Source of the DNA: a virus
Taxonomy: Duplodnaviria; Caudoviricetes
Direction: 5' to 3' (one strand)
DNA: 26,759 nt
IMG/VR virus record: IMGVR_UViG_3300030085_001856
Span: 1 to 26,759 of that record
Shown here: positions 17,749 through 24,297 of the stretch, in pieces
Layout: each line of letters opens with the position of its first letter
Numbering within the stretch: position 1 is the first letter of the stretch
Notes under the pieces: model-generated
What the model was told of the DNA's origin: nothing
The model's input: the letters and a program-made list of their open reading frames with translations, nothing else
Database searches by the model: none
Made by a program: the position numbers and the translations under genes

Positions 17749-18540
17749 TTAAAAGACGGCAGAGCGGGCGAGTTGCTTCTCTACTGCTTTTCTATAGGCC
17801 GGGTCTGTTTGATACCGAGGATCGTTCATGGCCTCGATCACCTGGGCCGTCGACTCAAACTTGCTGCCCGAGCTGCTGCTTGGCTTGCCACCTAACAGCT
17901 GCGGCTCACGCCCTTCGCTTGCTGTGTACTGAGCGTAGAGCCCAGCAATTGCAAGGCGAATCTGTGCGCCGTCGTTGCTGCCCTGCACGATGCGATTGAA
18001 CGCAGCAATCTCGTCGGCCTCCATGTTCTCGGCAGCCCACGTTGTCATGGCGTCGTACTGCTCTTGGCCGCCAAACTCAGTCTTGATCTGCGACACCTGT
18101 TGCGCGTTGAGCGCACTGTCCTGGGCAGCGTTGTACTGCAGGCCAGCCAGGTAGTTGTCGACCATGTTGCGACTGAAGCCAGCCTTCTCAAGCTCGCCGT
18201 AGTCCTCGTCTTGCAGCATGCCGCTCTCGGCGTACCGAGAAGACATGTCGCTGAAGTCGATGCCTGCTTCTTCAAGCCGGCCGCCGATGAACTCGCCGTA
18301 GATCTCCTTAGCTGATTGCTCTTCGCCCTCAGCGAGCTCTGTCTCTGGCTCGTCGGCTCTGCCCTGCTGGCTCTCAAGTTCTTTGTAGCCCTTAACCAGC
18401 TCGTCGACAGTCTTGTACTTGCCGGCAAGCAGCTGCTCTTCGCCCTGAATCTCGACGTTGTCGTTTTCAGTGAGCGTTACTTCGTTGTCAGGCGCCATCG
18501 CGGGCGCCGGTTCGTTGGCGATAACTACTGGTTCTGGCAT
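17749..18540 (-). CDS. gp9: Capsid assembly scaffolding protein
   Basis: 263 aa, acidic. LLAGKYKTVDELVKGYKELE, GGQEQYDAMTTWA, AMNDPRYQTDPAYRKAV; lies between portal and capsid. Confidence 0.92.
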   Translation of the reverse strand: MPEPVVIANEPAPAMAPDNEVTLTENDNVEIQGEEQLLAGKYKTVDELVKGYKELESQQGRADEPETELAEGEEQSAKEIYGEFIGGRLEEAGIDFSDMSSRYAESGMLQDEDYGELEKAGFSRNMVDNYLAGLQYNAAQDSALNAQQVSQIKTEFGGQEQYDAMTTWAAENMEADEIAAFNRIVQGSNDGAQIRLAIAGLYAQYTASEGREPQLLGGKPSSSSGSKFESTAQVIEAMNDPRYQTDPAYRKAVEKQLARSAVF

Positions 18541-18545
18541 GGGCC

Positions 18546-18734
18546 TCAGGAAATTTGGATGATGCCGTCGTCATCAACAGTGACTTCAGGCATGGCGGTA
18601 GTGGACTCGCCTGCTTCGTCAACTGCGACGTCGATCACTTCAACTTGCTGCTCCTCCGTCGGCGACGGCGTCTCCGTCGGGGAGTCGGTTTGGAGTTCCT
18701 CTGCTGGGGTCTCCTTCTTCGTACTGCGGGCCAT
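18546..18734 (-). CDS. Small acidic hypothetical protein overlapping the portal 3' end
   Basis: 62 aa. AGGAG lies 6 nt upstream of the ATG; the ORF fills the portal-scaffold gap and stops 5 nt before the scaffold ATG. Confidence 0.6.
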   Translation of the reverse strand: MARSTKKETPAEELQTDSPTETPSPTEEQQVEVIDVAVDEAGESTTAMPEVTVDDDGIIQIS

Positions 18735-20358
18735 AGGGTGCTCCTGGTTCTGTGTAGTTTTTAGCTGCTTGCGCAGCGGCGCCAGACTTGAGGCCCTCCA
18801 TCAACATCTGTTGTTGTTGAGCTTCTTGCTGTGCTTGCGCTGCAGCTGCGCGCTCATTCTCTAACTGCTCTCGTGTTTTAACAAGGTTGGTTGTATCGAC
18901 ACTGCCACTTGCGGCCAGGCGGCGCAGTGCTTCGTCGACGTTGATGTACTCGGCCATGATCTCTGGGCCAAGAACTTGCTGCGCAGTTGTGATGAACTCG
19001 ATCAACTTGTTCTTGTCATCGCCGCGGCCAATAGCTTCAAGCCCAGTAACAGGTTTGGGGTTGACCAGGGCCTTGCCGCCCTGCCCTTTCGGGAACGCAG
19101 GCAGCTTGCGCTGACGCTGCAGGATGTGCATCAGCCGCCGCACCAAGGGCAGCTGCAGCTCCTGGGTCAGGATGGAGTACAGGCCAGCCGTGCCGGCGTT
19201 CAGCTCCTGGCTCATAAAGCGGATTTCTTCCGCAGTCACACGCTCACCCGGCCGCTGAATAGCGGTGTGCAGCATGAAGGCGTACTGCAACCGCTGCTCG
19301 ATGCGCTCGATGGTGGCGTTTGCAATCTGCATGTCGGCACCCTTCTGGGTTTGCACGACCGTGATGTCCGACGCTGAGCCCTGCACGATGGCGCCGTTAG
19401 CTGCATTGGCCAGAGTGCGGGGCCTGGTCATGCCGTTGGGGTTGACCAAGAAGATGGCCTTAGCTGCTGCAGCTGACGACTCCAGGATTGCCTGGCTCAG
19501 GTTCTCCAGCGCAAGCAGGTCGCCGTAGTACTGCTCAACGTATGAGCGACCGTACTCTTCGCTCTCTACGCGATCGAAGCGGAGGCTGATCCAAGGGGTG
19601 ACGTCTTCCTTGCACATGCCGTGCGTGCCTGGCACCTCTTTGCCTTTGACCTCCTGATACCAGTGGCACTCACCGTTGTAGAACTTGACGCAGGTGTAGA
19701 CCTTGACCGTCTTCTTGCTGCTGGCGTCGCTGTACTCGCCTTCCTCCTCGTCGTCTAGAAATCCCTCGGGTAACGCCTGCGGGTAAACCTCTTCCTCGAC
19801 GACAATCTCTGTGACGTGACCCATAGGATCACGACAAAGCACGAAACGGTCCAGATGGATGACCCTAATTCCTGCTTCTGAGACGTAGAGCAGGACGTTG
19901 CCGCTAACCAGCAGATGCTTGAAAGCTTCGTGCAGAGATGCGCGGCCATTGGCAGTGTCAAGCACGCCCATCACAGCGTGCTCTACTTTTACCAACGCTG
20001 CATCGAGTTCTGTCTTGACCTCGGGCCCTGCCTCTGCAACGCGCAGCGCCAGGTCGTCGATCTCCAGCTTGAAGAACGGAGCGTTAGGCGGGAACAAAGT
20101 AACGAGCAATTTGTTGCTCAGAAAGTTTGTGCCGCGTGCGCCAAAGGATTGATACGGCGTCTTGAGATCGCCTGCCTCGCCGCCGTGTGCCTCTGGAATC
20201 AGGCCAGGAATGGTGACCTTGCTGCAGTCACGAGCCCGTTGCAGGTACGAGTCACGGTTAGCAGCCAGCTGGTTGTACCTGGCCGCCGCAGTCCGACCAC
20301 CCGGCATGCCCATTGGCTTGGACTGCCGGTCGACGTTGGAAGTCAGGTTGAGTTTCAT
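18640..20358 (-). CDS. gp8: Portal (head-tail connector) protein
   Basis: 572 aa. TPYQSFGARG...L...LFPPNAPFFKL, L.VSGNVLLY, EEYGRSYVE, ERVTAEEIR, VTGLEAIGRG. Confidence 0.96.
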   Translation of the reverse strand: MKLNLTSNVDRQSKPMGMPGGRTAAARYNQLAANRDSYLQRARDCSKVTIPGLIPEAHGGEAGDLKTPYQSFGARGTNFLSNKLLVTLFPPNAPFFKLEIDDLALRVAEAGPEVKTELDAALVKVEHAVMGVLDTANGRASLHEAFKHLLVSGNVLLYVSEAGIRVIHLDRFVLCRDPMGHVTEIVVEEEVYPQALPEGFLDDEEEGEYSDASSKKTVKVYTCVKFYNGECHWYQEVKGKEVPGTHGMCKEDVTPWISLRFDRVESEEYGRSYVEQYYGDLLALENLSQAILESSAAAAKAIFLVNPNGMTRPRTLANAANGAIVQGSASDITVVQTQKGADMQIANATIERIEQRLQYAFMLHTAIQRPGERVTAEEIRFMSQELNAGTAGLYSILTQELQLPLVRRLMHILQRQRKLPAFPKGQGGKALVNPKPVTGLEAIGRGDDKNKLIEFITTAQQVLGPEIMAEYINVDEALRRLAASGSVDTTNLVKTREQLENERAAAAQAQQEAQQQQMLMEGLKSGAAAQAAKNYTEPGAPYGPQYEEGDPSRGTPNRLPDGDAVADGGAAS

Positions 20359-20771
20359 TAGCTGCCAGGAATGGAGACGCCGCTGCCATAGCCAGAAATG
20401 TCAGCTCGCATTGAGCGACGGCCGCGGCCACGTCGTCTGATGTTGATAGGTGTTTGCGATGTAGTCGGCACGCCGAGCGATGCTGACGGCGAGTTAGCTG
20501 CGCCTTCTTGTGACGTTGCAGGCTTAGCCGGTGCAGCTGGTGCCGCTAGTGCAGCGGCAGGTGCCATTGCTGTGGGGCTGGGCGCAGGTGGTGCAGGCCG
20601 CTGCGACATGGCCAGCTGCTCTTGGTAGCGCTTTTCTGCAGCAGCTTGCTGCGCCTCAAACTGGCGCTTCTGCTCTTCCATCTGCTCGCGTTGCCGCGCC
20701 ATGTTCTCGCGGTGCCGCCTGTCAGCGGCTTCGCGATCACGACTGCTGCTCCCGCCACCACCGCCGCACAT
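20358..20771 (-). CDS. Small virion / tail assembly protein (T7 gp6.7/gp7.3 position)
   Basis: 137 aa. MCGGGG start, Pro/Ala-rich middle, basic RRRGRGRRSMR near the C-terminus; the stop overlaps the portal ATG (TAATG). Confidence 0.65.
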   Translation of the reverse strand: MCGGGGGSSSRDREAADRRHRENMARQREQMEEQKRQFEAQQAAAEKRYQEQLAMSQRPAPPAPSPTAMAPAAALAAPAAPAKPATSQEGAANSPSASLGVPTTSQTPINIRRRGRGRRSMRADISGYGSGVSIPGS

Positions 20772-20773
20772 AA

Positions 20774-20959
20774 CTAATCAACAGAATTTTGCTCATCGTA
20801 AATGCTGTGCAGCATGCGCACCACTGCACGCCTGCCGACATACATCCAAATCTCTCTGTCACTCCACTCTGGTTGTGGGCAGAGTTCAGGGACAGCGTCG
20901 TCCAACTTCTGCATCAACTCAGGCGTGATGTCTGGCCAATCACTCTTAGACATTTGCAC
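20774..20959 (-). CDS. Small hypothetical phage protein (gp6.5 position; alternative ATG at 20953)
   Basis: 61 aa, PDITPELMQKLD...P...P......IW..VGRRAVVRML. Tightly packed between the exonuclease and the MCGGGG gene. Confidence 0.7.
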   Translation of the reverse strand: MQMSKSDWPDITPELMQKLDDAVPELCPQPEWSDREIWMYVGRRAVVRMLHSIYDEQNSVD

Positions 20960-21713
20960 CTGCCTCGCACAGTTCTTGTTCCTGCGAAGGATGCCACAGG
21001 GTTAGCTTCTGTTCGTCGATGTTGTAATCACCGTGCCGCAGGATGCGTGTCATCCGTGCAGCCAGCAGTGCATCAGTAAATGTCTTGCCTTTCTTTTGGT
21101 AGGCCTTGACCACCACTGGCCACATCTCACGCAGCGTCATGGTTGTGCCCAAGATTTTGTCGGCAGTCTTGGGGCCAACGCCTGGCAGGCCGTCGACGTT
21201 GTCAGCTCTGTCACCTGTCAACACCTGAGTCATCCAGTTGCGGTCGGCTTCGTTTTTGCTGATCGTCCACACCTTGTCGTCAATCAGCAGCTTGCCCGGC
21301 ACTGTCTTCATGTCCTTGTCAGGCGAGACAATGATGGGGTCAGTGACCTGGCCTGACGTAGCAAGCAAGCCCATCACGTCGTCTGCTTCCAGCTGGCCCA
21401 TGGTCACGCCGTTGTATGTAACCGACAGGTATTCGTAGACCTCACGCAATGCCATTGGCTTGCGCTTGCCAATGCGGTTGGCCTTGTATTCCTGGCTCAG
21501 CTCATGCCGAAACGTGGGGTAACTGCTGAGGCAAACCCGCACATCTTGGTCCTGGGTGACATTCATCCAGTAGCCAATCTGTTGTGACGCCTTGGCCTTT
21601 GCCTCAATCGGATTGACCGACAGGGTGTGGCACCACTCAGTCCACTTGGTTTCTGTTTCGCAGCTGGCGCAGGTCTTGTAGCCCAGCCAATCGCCGTCAA
21701 TAAGAAGAGTCAT
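20946..21713 (-). CDS. gp6: 5'-3' exonuclease (T7 gp6-like, FEN/PIN fold)
   Basis: 255 aa. LLIDGD, YKANR, LEADDVMG, SPDKD and GDRADNVDGLPGVGPKTA catalytic and H3TH motifs. Confidence 0.93.
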   Translation of the reverse strand: MTLLIDGDWLGYKTCASCETETKWTEWCHTLSVNPIEAKAKASQQIGYWMNVTQDQDVRVCLSSYPTFRHELSQEYKANRIGKRKPMALREVYEYLSVTYNGVTMGQLEADDVMGLLATSGQVTDPIIVSPDKDMKTVPGKLLIDDKVWTISKNEADRNWMTQVLTGDRADNVDGLPGVGPKTADKILGTTMTLREMWPVVVKAYQKKGKTFTDALLAARMTRILRHGDYNIDEQKLTLWHPSQEQELCEAGANV

Positions 21714-23326
21714 GTGCCGAAGTAATGGGACATAGGAATAGTCAGGCGGCCACTGTCTTGGTCATACAAAAGCTTGTCCACCGGGCCCGTTGTGCCGCAG
21801 AACCTGTTCTTCAGCACGCGCAGCTGCAGTTCACTGCGCTCTGCCGGGTCGCCCTGTTGGTTGCGTTCGCAGCCAAGCACGCAATCACTCAGCTGAGCGA
21901 TGGCATGGCTGCCCCGAAGCTGAGACAGGCTGGTCTGCGCACCCTCCTCGTGGCCGCGGCCTTCCGGTCGCTTGAGGTGGGACACCAGCACCAGGCCTAT
22001 GCCGGTCTGCTCCACGACCTGCCTAAGCTTTGTGCAGACCACATCCAGGGCACGTCGCTCGTCTAGGTCTGCAATGCCACTGACCACGATTGTGAGGTGG
22101 TCGAGGAACACAACGTCCACACCCTCGACGTCGGCCAGGTACTTAATTTGCTCGACCATGCGGTCCGGGTCCATTGACCCGAAGTGGTCGTAGAGAAACA
22201 GGCGGCCGCCGCCGAACAGTGAGTGGAACGCAGCCTCGACACGCTCAGCTGGCACTGCGCCGGGGTCTAGGTGCAGGGGCTTGTTGACCTCGATGCCAAC
22301 GATGCCCTGCATGGTGCGCTGCAGTGACTCCTCCAGCGACAGCATCCCCACCTTCAGCCCGCACCGCAGAAAGTGGTGAGCCAGCTCACGGCACACGCTG
22401 CTCTTCCCCGTGCCCGAGCCAGCCGTCACGGTCAGCATCTCGCCCTTGCGGAAACCACGCAGGCAACTGTTGAGCTGTGGCCATGGCAGGTCGCACGCCT
22501 TGGTGGCGCCCGGCTTGACCATCTCTTGGTACAGATCAGCAGCGTTGAGGATGCCGTCGGGCCTGACCGGTGTTGCCTTCCACAGCAGGTCCTTCAGCTG
22601 TGCACCCTCGCCAGCCTGCAGCATGTCGTTGGCGTCCTTGCGAGGCAGCCTGCAGATGGCAGCCCTGCCGTATGGCAGCACCTTGATTGCTTCCTCTGCT
22701 GCCTTAGTGCCCGGCTCATCCGAGTCAAAGCACAGCACAATGCGGAACTGACGCAGCCACGCAATGTTGGCGGCGATGTATTTGCTGGCTGACTGCGCAC
22801 CGTTGGGCAGGCTGACCACAGGAAATCGGTTGCCTTGTACCTGCGACACCGACATGGCATCGACCTCGCCCTCTGTGATGACGCAGAAAATGTCGGTCTC
22901 TTTGCCGTGGTTCTGCCGCCACAGGTGCTGGCCCCACAGCTGGATGTCAGACGTGTCGCCAATCCACCGAAACTTTTTGTCGGGGTAGCGCAAGTGCTGG
23001 GCCACGTCCTTGCCCCGCTGGTTCCTGTAGGTGGCAACCTGCACCGTCGACCCGTTGTAGTTGCCCACCCCGTAGCCGAACAACTCAGTCGTCTCCTTGT
23101 CCAGGCCACGCTTGGTTAGTGGCACGCAGTCGACAAACGAAAGCAGGCTCACGGGTGGTGGTGGCATTGGTGGGATGGGTCGGAGCTTGGGCTCTCGCTC
23201 CGGTTGTTCGGTGTAGTTACAGCCAAAGCAATAAGCATGGCCGTCACTAAACCGAGCGAGGTTGTCTTTGCTATTGCACTGGGGGCAAGCTTCATGGCGT
23301 ACGAATTTGGATTTAGGACGCGGCAT
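21710..23326 (-). CDS. gp4: DNA primase-helicase
   Basis: Start reassigned to the ATG at 23326 (MPRPKSKF..., 538 aa). Zn ribbon CPQC...CFGC; TOPRIM ITEGEVDAMS, CFDSD, KDAND; Walker A AGSGTGKS; Walker B VFLDHL; LVSHLKR, LRGS, KNRFCG. Confidence 0.96.
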   Translation of the reverse strand: MPRPKSKFVRHEACPQCNSKDNLARFSDGHAYCFGCNYTEQPEREPKLRPIPPMPPPPVSLLSFVDCVPLTKRGLDKETTELFGYGVGNYNGSTVQVATYRNQRGKDVAQHLRYPDKKFRWIGDTSDIQLWGQHLWRQNHGKETDIFCVITEGEVDAMSVSQVQGNRFPVVSLPNGAQSASKYIAANIAWLRQFRIVLCFDSDEPGTKAAEEAIKVLPYGRAAICRLPRKDANDMLQAGEGAQLKDLLWKATPVRPDGILNAADLYQEMVKPGATKACDLPWPQLNSCLRGFRKGEMLTVTAGSGTGKSSVCRELAHHFLRCGLKVGMLSLEESLQRTMQGIVGIEVNKPLHLDPGAVPAERVEAAFHSLFGGGRLFLYDHFGSMDPDRMVEQIKYLADVEGVDVVFLDHLTIVVSGIADLDERRALDVVCTKLRQVVEQTGIGLVLVSHLKRPEGRGHEEGAQTSLSQLRGSHAIAQLSDCVLGCERNQQGDPAERSELQLRVLKNRFCGTTGPVDKLLYDQDSGRLTIPMSHYFGT

Positions 23327-23759
23327 CGTTGAACCACGCAGTTGGTATGTGCCCCTCACACCACGGAAAACCATGGCGCTCCGCCCACTGCCAGTAGCGC
23401 AGCGACCGAGGAGCTTTGGACAGTTTGGCCTTGGCGTTCTGAAAGCACAGACGCAGGTCCAGGTCGGGGTGTGACTGCTTGACACTGCGCAACTTGCGCC
23501 GGTCTTCAGTAGTTAGCACCCCCTTCGCTTCCACCACGCAGGTGGGAAGGATGAAGTCAGGCGTGTAGATCGCCTCAATTGTGTAGTCGTAGTGCTGGGT
23601 CTCGTAGTCAAAACCCAGCCCACGCTTGTTGAGGCTGAACGCAATGCCAGCCTCGAACTTGCTGCGGAACTTAGAAGTCCCCGACCTGCTGGGTTGCGAC
23701 CGCCGGGGCTTGCGAGGTTGTCTCCTCTGCTTTGTCTTCCCATCCACCTTCGACGGCAT
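23313..23759 (-). CDS. gp3: Endonuclease I / Holliday junction resolvase (start uncertain)
   Basis: FRSKFE, YTPDFIL, VEAKG, DRRKL..VK..HPDLDLRLCFQ and Y.QWAERHGFPW are T7 gp3 motifs. The nearest in-frame ATG is at 23759, inside the SSB gene. Confidence 0.9.
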   Translation of the reverse strand: MPSKVDGKTKQRRQPRKPRRSQPSRSGTSKFRSKFEAGIAFSLNKRGLGFDYETQHYDYTIEAIYTPDFILPTCVVEAKGVLTTEDRRKLRSVKQSHPDLDLRLCFQNAKAKLSKAPRSLRYWQWAERHGFPWCEGHIPTAWFNDAAS

Positions 23760-24297
23760 CGAACCCACTGCCTCCTTGTGTGTACTCAACGGGCTTGATG
23801 ACTTGCACCTCTTGGATGCTCAGCGTGATGCCGACACCAATGGGCGCAGAGTACGGGCGGGCTTGAACCTTGACCCGGCCCAGCGTGCCAGCCCCCAGCT
23901 TTTGCAGTGGCGCACGGTTGCTGACCATGCAGCCCTTGCCATCAAAGATGGGCAGCTGCACCTCCCATGGGGTGCCGTCCTTGCGAATCCCCTTGGCCTT
24001 GCGCTTGCACTTGAACTTGATGACAGGGTTGCCAGCGTCATCAGTAGTAGATGTCCACGGCTGCGGGTCCACCAGCTTCCACGCCTTGTTGGGGTCCTGC
24101 GCTTTGCAGGCTTTCTTCCATTCTTCAAGGTGCGCTTCAAGCTTTTCGCACAGGGCCATGCCCTCCTCGGCAGGCACCAGCACCTCAACCTTGTACTCGC
24201 ACTTTTCAAACTTGGTGTCCGGCTCGACGAGCCAGCTGTACCGGAACTCTCCTTTCGGGGTGACGAAGGACAGGGGCTCGGGGTTCTCGAAATTCAT
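23671..24297 (-). CDS. gp2.5: Single-stranded DNA-binding protein
   Basis: 208 aa. TPKGEFRYSWL.EPDTKF, IKFKCK, IFDGKG, GVGITL....VQVI..VEY, C-terminal GDF; lies between RNAP and the endonuclease. Confidence 0.88.
   Translation of the reverse strand: MNFENPEPLSFVTPKGEFRYSWLVEPDTKFEKCEYKVEVLVPAEEGMALCEKLEAHLEEWKKACKAQDPNKAWKLVDPQPWTSTTDDAGNPVIKFKCKRKAKGIRKDGTPWEVQLPIFDGKGCMVSNRAPLQKLGAGTLGRVKVQARPYSAPIGVGITLSIQEVQVIKPVEYTQGGSGFDAVEGGWEDKAEETTSQAPAVATQQVGDF

Noticed and set aside
23327-23485. 53-aa N-terminal extension of the primase-helicase in the ORF track
   Set aside because: It lies wholly within the endonuclease gene; the ATG at 23326 directly precedes the Zn ribbon and is the more plausible start.
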